From assembly GCF_009914755.1 (NCBI RefSeq), contig NC_060938.1: 64,000 nt of DNA; one strand, written 5' to 3'. The position numbers were made by a program, and so were the translations under genes. Positions 17,829 through 32,091 of this stretch are shown one piece after another; the stretch's first letter is position 1, and each line of letters starts with the position of its first letter. This stretch comes from the human T2T-CHM13v2.0 reference genome, Homo sapiens. The notes beneath the pieces are model-generated. The model saw only the letters and a list, made by a program, of their open reading frames with translations. It was not told the origin of the DNA and searched no databases.

Positions 17829-18180
17829 GGCTGGGCATGGTAGCTCACACCTGTAATCCCACCACACTCAGCTGAGTTTTGAAGTTCTGTTTTTTGTAGA
17901 GATGGGGTCTCACTGTCTTGTCCAGGCTGCTGAGGCAGGAGGATCACTTGAGCCCAGGAGTTCAAGACTAACCTGGACAAGACAGACCCCATCTCTACAA
18001 AAAACAAAACCCCAAAACTCAGCTCTGAGTGTGTGGTGCACGCTTGTAGTCCTAGCTCCTTGGGAGTCTGATGTGAGAGGTTTGCTTGAGCCTAGGAGTT
18101 CGAGGCCGCAGTGAGCTATGACTGAGCCACCGCATTCCAGCCTGAGCAACAGAGCAAGACCCTGTGTCAAAATAAAAAAG
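17829..18180 (+). mobile_element. AluJ containing an internal inverted duplication
   Basis: Alu 5' end, then a reverse-complement copy (17861-17926) of its own 17972-18037 segment. Confidence 0.85.
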
Positions 18181-18972
18181 ACCTATAGAAGCATTAGTGC
18201 TTGGGGTAACTATTAGCATGTGCTGGCAGAGAAGGTCTAGTGCCTTTACCTTGGTGCTAAGAGTCCCTCCAGATTAGTGGCTTTCCCGTGCCCTTTCTCT
18301 TCTCTGGGCTGCTAATGCCTTCCTTCCCCTTATTAGTAATATTACTGATAAACAAATTGTACATTCTCTGATCTCACTTCAGAGGCTGTTTCTGTGCACT
18401 GAAGATGTACACACAGTCTTAATTCAAAAGAGATAGCATTTATGTGCTGCCACATTAAACAGATTGCAACAGTATTACTATTGAGTTTGTGTTGGCTCTG
18501 TGCAACCCTCATGGTGCCCAGGAACAGATGAAACCACCAGAGACTTGGAGCCTCAGGTTCATTCAATGGTGTCCCAGGGAACGGGGTTGGAGGGCTTATT
18601 CCCAGAAGGCCTCTGAAATGTAAGAGCTATTAACAAGGAGTTATAAGTCATTTTTGGTAGCTATAGGCCCAGGCAATGGGTAGAGACCAAGATGGGATAA
18701 ATGGTAAGATCAGTAGAGTATTGCTCAGATAAATATGTAAGCTATTTTACTGGCACACTGTATCTAGTGATATTAACATGATAAGCTATAGGTAGGATAA
18801 TTTCTCATCAGATTGCAGAAATACATTTATAGCCTATTTCCTGTTATATAATGAAAAGCTACTAATGGGGTAGTAGACAATGATATGGGTAATAGCTTAA
18901 ACAGCCTTCGTTGTCACTTACCTGAATTCAGGAATGACAGGTTTCTTTCATGCATGAGGTACTGGATACATT

Positions 18973-18974
<2 letters not shown>

Positions 18975-19022
<48 letters not shown>
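18975..19022. repeat. (AC)24 microsatellite
   Basis: Perfect dinucleotide run. Confidence 0.97.
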
Positions 19023-19026
<4 letters not shown>

Positions 19027-19271
19027 GGCATTGAGTTCTAGTCATATCCTAAAGAAAAACTATGGTGCGCTATGTTATTTATAGTACTATACTCTGTGTG
19101 AGTGACTCTGTGTGTATGTGTGTTGGTGGAGGTCAGGGATGACTTGTTTGTAATATACCTTAAGGAAGTCTGTCCGAATTTGCCCTTCAAATACTAAATA
19201 AATTCATCTCTCACCTCAAACTGCCTTTCAGTTCCCTTTTACTAATTTTGTTTAAAAGAAAGGCAAGTGAA

Positions 19272-20096
19272 GGCCAGGCATGGGGGCTCACACCTGTAAT
19301 CCTAGCACTGTAGGAGGTCAAGGCAGGAGGATCACTTGAGCTCAGGAGTTCAAGACCAGCCTGGGCAACATAGGGAGACGCCATCTCTACAAAAAAAAAA
19401 AAAAAGAAGAAGAACCTGGGCATGTGGTCGCATACCTGTGGTCCCAGCTGCATGGGAGGCTGAGGTGGGAGGATTGCTTGAGCCAGGGATTGTACCACTG
19501 CACTCCAGCCTGAGCAAGACCCTGTCTCAAATAAAAATAAAAATAAGACAGCTATTTTACCCTGTCTTCACCTAAATAAGCTCATCTTATTTTTTGCCTG
19601 AAACTCTTGCAAACTCCCAGGTCTGCTAGTTTTGAGAAACCTTGGATCTCAATAAGGAATAGTTCTCAATTGCTTATGAGCATAATGGATTTCTTTTGGC
19701 TTAAAGTTCAAAACTGGCAACAAGCAGCGCTAGCAACCCATAGAGAGATACGCAGACCATTTCGATAGACGTGTTTGCTGAGTGAACAAGGCTGACTGAA
19801 TTTTTTTTTTTTTTTTTGAGGCAGGGTCTCACTTTGTTGCCCAGGCTGGCGTGCAGTGGTGCAGTAGTGGCTCACAGCAGCCTTGACCTTCTGGGCCCAA
19901 GTGATCCTCCCTTCTCAGCCTCCTGAGCTCCTGAGTAACTGGGACCATACGTGCACCACCATGCCCAGCTAATTTTTTAGATTTTTTTGTCTCCCTATGT
20001 TGCCCAGGCTGGTCTCAAACTCTTGGACTCAAGCCATCCTCCTGCCTTGGCCTCCCAAAGTGCTGGGATTACAGGTGTGAGCTACTGCGCCCATCC
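19272..20096. mobile_element. AluJ (+) ~19272-19547 and AluJ (-) ~19800-20096
   Basis: Two diverged Alus in opposite orientation. Confidence 0.85.
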
Positions 20097-20899
20097 CTGA
20101 ATTCTTAATTACAACTAAACTAGATGCTTATGGATTTTCCTGTTTTACAACTCTTGCCTCTTTTATCTGTAATTTTAAGATCTTGACAGCTTATATTTGG
20201 CTTTGCTTTTGTGTCTCAAGAGTTCTTTCCTTGATAAGCCTCTGTGGAAACTACAGAATCTTACAAATATAAAACATTTCCGGAAAAAATACAAAAATGG
20301 ACACCTGACATTTACACTCCCTAAGGTCGTGATCCTGTTGAAGAAAGGAGATGAACGCGGCTGCTTTTCAGTAGTTCTTCACTTCACCTTACCAGGTTCT
20401 TCATCTGGATGCTATGCTATGGGGGCCAGAGGAGGAGGCTGGGATTGTGATGGATCCTACTAGATTTTACAGCTGGAGCTCCCAGGAATGCCCTCATAGG
20501 GAATGTCCTGAAGGGAATCATGGGTAACTTGTAAGCTACCTCAACTTATTTTTGGAACTATGTAAGGTATAAGATGGATGGAGCTGGGTTCCTGTGCCTT
20601 TCTCACCTTGTCCGCATAGAGATGCAGCTGCTCCTGCAGGCCAAAGTTCTGCACCAATCACCTCCACCTGCTTCCCACTGGGAGACAAAGGTTTGAAAGC
20701 CTGTTTGGCGATGAACCACGATGATCTGACACTCAAGCCACTCCTGAGAAAGTCGGGTTTCTTTCTGTTTCCATTTATATATGTAATTTTCGCTTCAAAC
20801 AAACATGACCTCGCTATTCTATGCACAGTTTTGAATCCTGCTTTTAAAATGCGATGTCTGCCTTGTCTTTAAATATTCTGAGGGGGAGGAGAGGAGATG

Positions 20900-21600
20900 T
20901 GTAATGCGACTGTCTATAATTTGAAACCGGACCTCACTATTTAGCGTCTCAGAAAACGCGGGGTTCATTGCCCTGGTCCCCCCCGCCTTCCCCCGCCCCC
21001 CGAACCTTCCGGCTGGCTCTCTTGCGGTCCCCGCCTCGGCGCTGATGTGGTCTGGCAGTGGAGATTGGCGCCCGGGCGGAGCACGATGGGCTTCCCCGCG
21101 GCAGGCAGGCAGGCTGCTGCTGCAGGTGGGTCCCGGCGCCCGCGCCGCCCCGCGCCTCCGGCGGTCGCCCCGCCCCTGCCCGCCCGCTCCGCTCCGCTCG
21201 CATTGGCGCTGCCTGCTGTCTGTCCCCGCGCGGTGGGGAGGGGGCGCACCCGGCGGCGGGCTCTGCAGAGGGCGCCTTGCTCCGGGTGCGACCGCGGCTC
21301 CCTGGAGGCCTGGGCGGCGGGCCCCGCGAGCGCGCCGCCACCTCGGGAGCAGTGTTGGCCAAGGACCCCGACGCCCTACGTAAGTAAAGGCAGGGCGGGG
21401 AGCCTGCGGGGGAGGAGGGTCGGGGGCAATGTCCGGTCCGCGGACCGCGGAGTGGGCAAGAGGTGCCCACTGGATACGGGGTATCCGAGCCCTCTGAGGT
21501 GCTGGGAGTAAGAACGCGGGAGGTCGCTTGTCCGCTGGAATCCGCGGCCAGGGCGACCCTCATCAGGTCTGCCCACCTATCCCCTTCGCGTTACAGCTTG
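20900..21600 (+). promoter_or_regulatory. AKAP5: AKAP5 CpG-island promoter
   Basis: Dense CpG/GC content; GC boxes at ~20980-21000; inverted CCAAT (ATTGG) at 21064 and 21202; upstream of the AKAP5 ORF. Confidence 0.85.
21260..21379 (+). other. AKAP5: AKAP5 non-coding exon 1 (start approximate)
   Basis: Donor TAC|GTAAGT at 21380 inside the CpG island, followed by intronic G-runs. Confidence 0.7.
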
Positions 21601-23897
21601 TCTTAGAAGCATGGGTTGCCGGTGGCTTTTTTCCTTCTTTATCCCTCTTTGAGAAATGTGATTTTGGGTTTCTGGCCATTACATTATAATTCTGCAGACA
21701 GCCTGAAGCTGGGTTATCTGTTCCACGCCCCCGGCATTTTCCTTTTTGAGTACTTTATCCTGCGCTCTGTCTCCTGCCATAAGGGGCGTCAAGCCAGAAT
21801 TCGAGATTCCTTCCTCCAGGAGGAAGCTTCGTGGTCCGTATCTGGTGCTGGGAAAGATGCATTGCTTTCCTCGGGTACTGGCTGCTCAAGGGAAAAAGGA
21901 AAGGGGGTGTTTTCTGTGACATGAGACTTGCAATTCCATCAGGAAATGAGCACAGGGACTTTAAGATTTCCTGAGGCGATAAAGCTACCCTTGCTGGTTA
22001 AGAGCGAATCATTTGCAGTCTGACATTCTGCAAAGTTTTATTGTCTACAGACTGCATTATTTTCCCTCGTTAGTTAAGTTTCTGTTTGGGTATTCGTTTT
22101 ATTTCTAGTATGTGAGATACATTCAAGTGAGCTTCTCAAACGATTGTCTTTGCGCAATCCAGGTTAGTTTCCAATGACAGACTCCTAAACATCTCATTTC
22201 AATATTTCTATTATGTGGTAATACAGCCTCTGCTTAACAAAAATGCTCAGGTGCTGAAAACTCACAAGAGGTGAGAAGATTTAAACAGTTATCAGCTTAG
22301 GTTCTAGTGCTCACTGAAACATTGTGAGGAGAAACACTGTCAAATGTTCATATTTTAGTTCCGTCATTGTTCTAGAATGACTTTATCTTTCTGTTAGAGG
22401 CACACAGTATGAAACACCCAACCTAAGATAATATTTACTTAGATCATAAACTGATTTTCAGGGTTCCAGTTCCTTCTACAGTTCATAAAATTATGGGTTA
22501 CCCAAATGAAACTTCAGTGAAGGATTTACATAAAAACAATATAAAGAATGAGTCCCTTTGCTTATTTTAGGGCATCCACCCACTAAAATTCATAGGATCT
22601 TTGTTGGATAATCACCTCCCATTTCCATTCTTTGGTGCCATCATACCATTCTAAGGATTAAATTTTCAATACACCTTTATATTATCTAAGTTTGCCAATT
22701 GCATAGTTTGCCAACTTATTTTTGGCTTTTAAATTAGTTCCTGAACCAAAAAAATAAAATATAAAGAATTTCAAAAGCTTGGTTTTCAAATGACAAGAAC
22801 TCAGTCTACTCGTGGTTCAATTATGAGTTGATAAGTGCCTTATGGTTAAATGACCATTAATCAATTTTTTAATTTTTTTACTAATGAAACACTGCAGATT
22901 AGTATCCCCAAACAATTCATTTTCTGACGAAACTCTTAAAGCCCAGTTTCAGAACATAAGCTTTAAGCAACAAGCAATCTTGTGTTAATCTGAGCTCTGT
23001 TACAGCTCTGCCGTAATCTCAGCCAAATTGCTTCATCTGTACGTGGTGATACCACCATCTTTGTAATATTGTGGTGAGGATTAGAGATGTATGTAAAAGT
23101 GCATGCACTGCCTAATACCCAAGAATTGCTCAATAAATGTCAGCTATTACTACTCTTACTGACTTCCAACTATGTGCAGATTATGGTGGAAACATGTGAT
23201 ACAGCAGATACAGTACTTAAATGAAAATGTCAAAATTGTACAACTAATTTAAGAGTGGGAAATGACAGTAATGCTAAATTTTCCTAAGAATATGTATGAA
23301 AAATAGCACTTCCTTGATGGAACATACATTTTTAGAACAGAAACCTTATGTTATAATGGTAAAACTAGAGAGTCAAAGTCTCTAGTTCTAACTCTGGCTA
23401 TGACCTTATCTAGTTGCATGGCTTTTGACAAGACAACTGCTCCCCTCTGGAGTTCAGTTTTGTCATCTGGCTGGATTTGAGTAATCTCAAATAATCTCTA
23501 AAGTCCTTTGCAGCTTTAAAATTATCTATTGAGTGTGATAAAGATTACATCAGCTTGCTTTTCATCCTGCACTTCATTTTTGGTTCTTGTTGTTTGCTTA
23601 ACTTGCACTTTAGAGTCATAAGCAATTCACACAGACAACACAACTAAAGAACTGATAATATCAGACTTGCAGGGTAATCCAAAATGAAGTTTCAACAAGG
23701 AGGATAAAACAAAATAGAATCACACTGAACTCTTTAATAGGGCCAAAGTAAACCCCAATGTTTATTCTCCAGTCATTTCATTAAGTTATTATATGGAAAA
23801 TATGCCTGGTAGAATCTTATACATTCACTGAAATAGTCTCCACAGAAAATAATAGGCTCATAGTGAAATAAAATACCACTTTCTTTTCTCTCATCAG

Positions 23898-24160
23898 GTT
23901 GATCTTTAAATAAAGCAAAAATTTATCCAAAGAAGGGCTTTCATCAAGAAATTAAAGAGAGAAATTACAAGCCATAGAGAAACTGGGCATTTCTATACTA
24001 GAGAAACCACCTAAAACAACTGTATGGAGTAAGATGAAAGGTATGAATATGCCTGGAAGAAATTTTACCTAGTGTGACATTTTTGCTCATCTTTTTGTCA
24101 CAAAAGGCTGCTAAGGAAGAGAGAATACAGTTTTCTAGAGAATAAGAGTGCAGTGTAAAA
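23898..24160 (+). other. AKAP5: AKAP5 exon 2 5'UTR portion
   Basis: Acceptor ttcttttctctcatcAG ending 23897. Confidence 0.7.
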
Positions 24161-25444
24161 ATGGAAACCACAATTTCAGAAATTCATGTAGAAAACAAGG
24201 ATGAGAAGAGATCAGCAGAAGGTAGTCCTGGGGCTGAAAGGCAGAAGGAAAAGGCATCCATGCTTTGCTTCAAGAGAAGAAAGAAAGCAGCCAAAGCACT
24301 GAAGCCCAAAGCTGGCTCTGAAGCTGCTGATGTGGCAAGGAAGTGTCCACAAGAAGCAGGAGCTTCTGATCAGCCAGAGCCCACACGGGGGGCCTGGGCC
24401 TCACTCAAACGTCTTGTAACACGCAGGAAAAGGTCAGAGTCTTCAAAGCAGCAAAAGCCATTGGAGGGTGAAATGCAACCTGCAATAAATGCTGAGGATG
24501 CTGATCTTTCTAAGAAAAAGGCAAAATCTAGACTTAAGATTCCCTGCATAAAATTCCCAAGAGGGCCAAAAAGGAGTAATCATTCCAAAATTATAGAAGA
24601 CTCAGACTGCAGCATCAAAGTCCAGGAAGAAGCTGAAATTTTGGATATACAAACACAGACCCCATTGAATGATCAGGCAACAAAGGCTAAGTCAACCCAG
24701 GATCTAAGTGAAGGCATCTCACGGAAAGATGGTGATGAGGTCTGTGAATCAAATGTGAGCAATAGCATAACTTCTGGAGAGAAAGTGATTTCAGTAGAAC
24801 TTGGATTAGATAATGGGCATTCTGCTATTCAAACGGGAACTCTAATCCTTGAAGAAATTGAAACGATCAAGGAAAAACAAGATGTTCAACCCCAGCAAGC
24901 AAGCCCACTTGAAACTTCAGAAACAGACCATCAGCAGCCAGTACTTTCTGATGTTCCTCCTTTACCTGCAATTCCAGATCAACAAATTGTGGAAGAAGCC
25001 AGTAACAGTACCCTAGAAAGTGCACCAAATGGAAAAGACTATGAAAGTACAGAGATTGTAGCTGAAGAAACTAAGCCAAAAGATACTGAATTGAGCCAAG
25101 AATCAGATTTTAAAGAAAATGGGATCACTGAAGAGAAATCCAAATCAGAAGAAAGCAAAAGAATGGAGCCAATTGCTATTATTATTACAGACACTGAAAT
25201 CAGTGAATTTGATGTTACAAAATCTAAAAATGTCCCTAAGCAATTCTTAATTTCAGCTGAAAATGAGCAAGTAGGGGTTTTTGCTAATGATAATGGTTTT
25301 GAGGATAGAACTTCAGAACAATATGAAACACTCTTAATTGAAACAGCCTCTTCTCTAGTCAAGAATGCTATTCAGTTGTCAATAGAACAGCTGGTTAATG
25401 AAATGGCCTCTGATGATAATAAAATAAACAATCTTCTACAGTGA
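24161..25444 (+). CDS. AKAP5: A-kinase anchor protein 5 (AKAP79), 427 aa, uninterrupted CDS
   Basis: Three N-terminal polybasic regions with C36/C129; WASLKRLVT (WSK/CaM) motif; PIAIIIT calcineurin PxIxIT site; RII helix LLIETASSLVKNAIQLSIEQL. Confidence 0.99.
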   Translation: METTISEIHVENKDEKRSAEGSPGAERQKEKASMLCFKRRKKAAKALKPKAGSEAADVARKCPQEAGASDQPEPTRGAWASLKRLVTRRKRSESSKQQKPLEGEMQPAINAEDADLSKKKAKSRLKIPCIKFPRGPKRSNHSKIIEDSDCSIKVQEEAEILDIQTQTPLNDQATKAKSTQDLSEGISRKDGDEVCESNVSNSITSGEKVISVELGLDNGHSAIQTGTLILEEIETIKEKQDVQPQQASPLETSETDHQQPVLSDVPPLPAIPDQQIVEEASNSTLESAPNGKDYESTEIVAEETKPKDTELSQESDFKENGITEEKSKSEESKRMEPIAIIITDTEISEFDVTKSKNVPKQFLISAENEQVGVFANDNGFEDRTSEQYETLLIETASSLVKNAIQLSIEQLVNEMASDDNKINNLLQ

Positions 25445-25994
25445 CTTACTCTCCAGAGTCACGGCAGAAAAAACAAGCTTAATGAAGAATTCTTTTATAC
25501 ATTTGTGGCATTTCTTACTCAGTAACAAATGAGAGATTTATCATCTCTAGAACTTAAAAGGTACAATTCCAGCGCAGAAGTGCTAAAGATTAAGTCAAGT
25601 TTATAAAACTCTACCACTGAAATGCAGTCACTTCTGGATTGGAGGAAGTCAGCACAGATTGCAGTGTAAAATGACATAACATACAGGGAGTTGCTAAAAC
25701 GGCATATGGAGATTGGAGTGCTTTGGGGGAGGAAGGTGTATTTATTGAGCACTTATGGTATGCCATAAGCTTTTTAATGACCTCTGATATAACAAAGTCT
25801 GGTTTCCTTTTGATAATTCAGCTCTGTGTATAGGCTAACATCACATTAAGTTTTTAAAAACTTATTTTTTACAGTGCACATATATGTTTAAAATGGTGAA
25901 TAAGGTGAGCTACTTTTGTGAATGTGATTTGTAATTGTTACATTCCTAAGCAGCAGGCTTAACTCAAAAAATACATTGCATTTTCCCAATTTCA

Positions 25995-26511
<517 letters not shown>

Positions 26512-26884
26512 TTATCTGTGAAAAGTTAAAAAATGAAACAGCAAAAACAAAACAAGGGGAATATTATTCTTCATCCAGGAGAAGGGAAAATTCCCAAGTA
26601 AATTATCACAGATAATATAGGATTCATCTTGCAGAATTACTTCTTTAAGAGCCATATTCATCAACTTCTCTCCAAAGAGGGGAGAGTAGATTCAAAGCCA
26701 GCCTGGTAGTAATGGTCCTGGAAAATCCTAATAATCTAGTGCAAATATTTATTTTCGGCCAAAAATGAGCCATGAATGTGGGTGAATAGAAAAGTGAAAA
26801 GTTATTGCTAAAGCACATTATAATTTAAATGTCAGTATTCCTTCATGTCTGTGTGTTGAGACCAGTAAAAAGCATTTTACATGA

Positions 26885-27219
<335 letters not shown>

Positions 27220-30200
27220 TTCATCACTATTTTCAATCCAGATATACTTTACAAAAATGAGAAGGGCTTATTTGCATTTTTATTTACATATTGAAAGGGA
27301 AGCATCTGATCTCATCAATGATTGCCATATTTTTTGAAAAAGTAATCCTATTTCAATCTTTCCTTGTGTGAAATGGCCATAATACCAGAGTGCACTTCCC
27401 TACCTCACAGGTTAGGATTCAAAGTGTGTATTCCCCCATTGTGTAAATTGAGTGATTGTGTTACTACTTGAAACAGATGAAGTAATAAAGATGAAGTATG
27501 AGATGTAAGGTATTTGTTCAAGAGCTCCACTTGGAGGAAATAATGCACATTAGATGATTTTAAATGATCTGGGTGAATTCTTGCATTGTGTATGGATTGC
27601 ATATAGAAAGTATTTGCTACTTTGTCCTACAGAATCATCTTCATTTCTTTCTGTAAATACATATTGAGACCTCTAACAAAAGAAACTAATCTGACTTGGA
27701 AATTGAACCAAATCATGGATATTATTAGCAAGATTCTTTGCTGAAGTGCAAAAATATTTCCCCCAGATTTTCCTACCTTCATGCTTATAATCCGGGGAGG
27801 AGGGTGGAAATCCTGAGCAAGATGAAAAGTGTCATTCAAAACACATGACCCAAGAAGTCAATTTCTTTTAATTGTACAACTTTTAAACATTAAAAACAAA
27901 AAAGACGAGTCATCTTCTCTGAAAACACTCTTTAACTCACTATATGTGGTGCTAATGGACTTGGACAGCTACCAGCTATCATATTTAAAAGTGAACCATT
28001 TTAAAAACCTGACTAAGGTTGGTGCATTTTACAGTGTATTGAAGAATCCTGCCCTCATTTACTGCAAGGATGCCTCCAAGCCAATACACTTGCATTGTAA
28101 ATGTTTAGTAATCTCATGAACAAGCAAAAAGTATAGTACTTAGCAGTTATTGGAAATATTTTGGGGGATTTTTAAAAAAACAGATAAATGGTAAATATGT
28201 GCAATGAATTTTTTGGTTAAGAAAGTAAAATTTTATCTAATACTAGGTTTTTACTTTTTTCACTGTGGTTTGATATATATTTTTGGTTAGAATGTACTGA
28301 TTGTTTTTATGATAAGATGTATATTTTACTTGCATTCATTCTTAAGAGGTTTCTGTTTTTCTATTGAGAATATCTGTTGAATTAAGTAGGATTTCAGTTA
28401 GAAAAAGGAATTCCGAAATTAACTGGTCTCAATCTGATTATATGTGCTACATGGCCAAATCCTATTACAGTGAATTCTAAGGTGATTCAAATTGTTTTAT
28501 TGTTATAGAAATATGCAGAAATCAGATGGCTTCAGAGTCATAAAATATTTTTCTTGTAATAGTATTTAAGCAATTTGACCTTATATGCAAACGTTAAGTG
28601 AATATAAATAAGTTCTGTTTCAATTCATGTCCATTTAACAACATTAAAATAATTATTAGGAACACCACATGAATTTTCTTTACATTTGCTGTGGTATAAA
28701 TTCTGCTTTTAATGAATGTTTATTTATTTATTAGCCAAAATTCAGTTTCTCTTTGAACCCAGAATTTTGCAAAGCTGGGGGTTGGGGAGGGGGATTATTA
28801 GCTACTTGTTAACTTTTTCAGCATATTATCATTCCTCTTTTAAGACTCAAGTATTATTCACTTTGCTTCTTACAACCCAGAGAATGTGAAAATTCTCCTC
28901 TATTTTATGTAGCACTATTCACTTAACATTTTTTCAAAGCACTTTATAGGATATAAAAATAGTACCCGGTAACATTTAAGTAAAGGTAGCAGAAAACAAA
29001 AGAACTTTCAAACAGAAATTATGTTCCCTGCCACCTCCTCCACCTCAAAGAATAATAAGCATGTGGCATAAATGGAGTTGTTCAGAAAAGCTGTCTGCAT
29101 AATTTTCCTTCAAGGTAATGTATTTGACAGCATGAAGTTTGTGATGATCTTACTTGGTCTACTACTCAGCGGAGTCTTAGAATCTCTTTTATTTACTTCT
29201 GAGAGATTGTTATTTCACCAGTATATGTGAACAGGCTTGCTAAAGGCATTAAAGATATGGATCATGGAGGCACCAAATTTGGCTTCTGTATGCAATCCAG
29301 CATTAACTTCATCCATACATTTCTAACTTCATCCATAAATTTCTAACTTCAAGTTACCTTATTTTTTATAGTTAAGAATGTTTTTCGAGGTTTACAACAG
29401 AATTTAAAAAATAATTGTTAGGCTTTAGAATCCCACTGTTTGAAAAGATCCTTTTAATGTCAACTTTATTGAAATATGTAGTCTACTTTCTAATTTCATC
29501 TGATAATATAGCAGGATTTGATTTTTCTGCCTGCCATTTGTGCATTTAAAAAAAAATCCTCATTTAAGATTTAGAGTTCTTTAGGTTCAAATTCCTATGA
29601 TGTTTTATTGGGTAACATGAACTCTCTTATACATAATTCAAAATTTCAATCCATGGTATATTTTATGGTACATTTTGAAAAGAAAATTTGTAATGCTCCT
29701 TAGTTACAAAAATTAGAAGGAAGCTACATAAAATTCAGGTGTCCTAATTAAATTCAATTTGATTCAACACACGTATTAGGCATAACTCATACCTAACACT
29801 ATTTGATAAGGGAGACAGGCTCCCTGCCATCCAAGAACTCAACCTAGGGAGCAGTGACAACAGAAACCGGGTTGGGTTAAGGCAAAGAGCCATGGATAAT
29901 GCTGCAACATGAGTGGCACAGAGGGGAGTACACAGAGAGAGCAATTAATTTGGTGTGGGGAAGGTGGTGATCTGAATACAGCAGCAGTTTGAAAGTGTTC
30001 CGTTTTTAAATAAACAGTATGCTTATTTTGATTTGTGACTAGGTGTAGAAAAAAGCCTGCATAGTGTTACATATTTATAGTAGTTCTTTGTAAAAATGTT
30101 AAGTGGATGAGCTATTATGAAAGTAAAAGTTTCATTTTTTCTCATTAAAATTAGTACTAAATTACTATGGATCAGATGATAATATTAAATAGTACTCTGT

Positions 30201-30810
30201 AGAAAAAAGGTTTCAAGTTGAATTAATTTATGTACTGATTATTAATACAGAATAAATGTTATATTGACTCATGTTTATTCAGATCTTTTAAAAGAACTGT
30301 GGGCAAACTATGTTCATTTCCTATAACTGTAAAGATCACATTGATGGAACTACTGAGTTCGCACTACCAAAAGTTCTACTCTGCTAATTGGGAATTGGAC
30401 AGAGATTTTACAACAACACTCCTAAAACAGTCCTTCAGCAAGACAAATATAAACACCTACAATGCTGAACTAATTCAGCCAAAAGGGCAGTTCTGAATTT
30501 GATGACATTTGTGAATTTGACAAAAGCACACTGTTTTCATCTCTTGATATACTCATTATTTTCTGCATTAACCTATGAATTGTTCATCTTTATGATTTTT
30601 CAAAAGACTAATCAATGTGAAAATGCTAGAATTATTCAGATGGTACATACTAAAGGTGGGTGTTTAAAAAGTTCTGTGTTTACTAAGACACTGATTTCAT
30701 TTTGGTAATGTTAACACTCTATCTTTTCGTAACCACAGCCCGATGATAACAATCAGGCTCTAGGAAGGACTGTACTTTCCAAATCTTGGAACCAATTTAA
30801 AACTTGATAA

Positions 30811-31359
<549 letters not shown>

Positions 31360-32091
31360 CTACTTTTCTTTCTTTCTTCCTTCCTGAAAGCTTAAGCTTA
31401 CTGGGGGTTAAGTTCCCGAGCTTAGGAAAGAGAGTATGCGTGTCTGTGCACTACACATTCACAGAAAATCCTCTGCAAAACTGGGTGTGGGCACAATGAG
31501 CAGTGAAGGGAAACCTAGGTGAGGAGAGGATGGTGTGGCGCCGCGTCTGGGAAACTCCCAGCCTTAAAACTGTCTCCGTAAACTCCAGCCTATCATAACA
31601 ATGGGAGCAGTGTCCAGCAGTTTCAGGACTTTAGCAAAACTAGATGCACTTTCCCCACCACTTGCTTTGTGGTGAAACTCAAAAAGAACTTTTGGCCTTG
31701 ATATGACAGTGCTACTATGGGAGAAGGATTATACACTTTTCACAGCTATACTTGTGGTCTTAGGACCCAGGCCTTCCATTTCTGCACTCCTGGGAGATAG
31801 GAAACAAAAGGTGACACCAAAGCAGATGCAGTCATTTCTACACTTGTACCCGAACCTTTTATTCCCAAATCCCTACTCTGACAGGTCACAGGTCTGCTCA
31901 GTATGACTACAAGTGGGTTTCTGTACCACATCTGTGATAAAATCACCATCACAATGCAGCTTCAGGCATGCATGTGCTGCTAATCAAATATATATAAATT
32001 ACAACGCAAAGGTTCCATATGGAATGGCCATTTGCAACATAAGAACTTTAGAATATCACTTCTGTTTAAACAGGTCTTCCAAAACTAGAGT

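Noticed and set aside
20949-21576. Overlapping Pro/Arg/Gly/Ala-rich ORFs up to 204 aa
   Set aside because: Stop-codon scarcity in a CpG island; no domain resemblance
25039-25362. 107-aa antisense ORF within the AKAP5 CDS
   Set aside because: Shadow frame of a Glu/Lys-rich coding strand; non-ATG start
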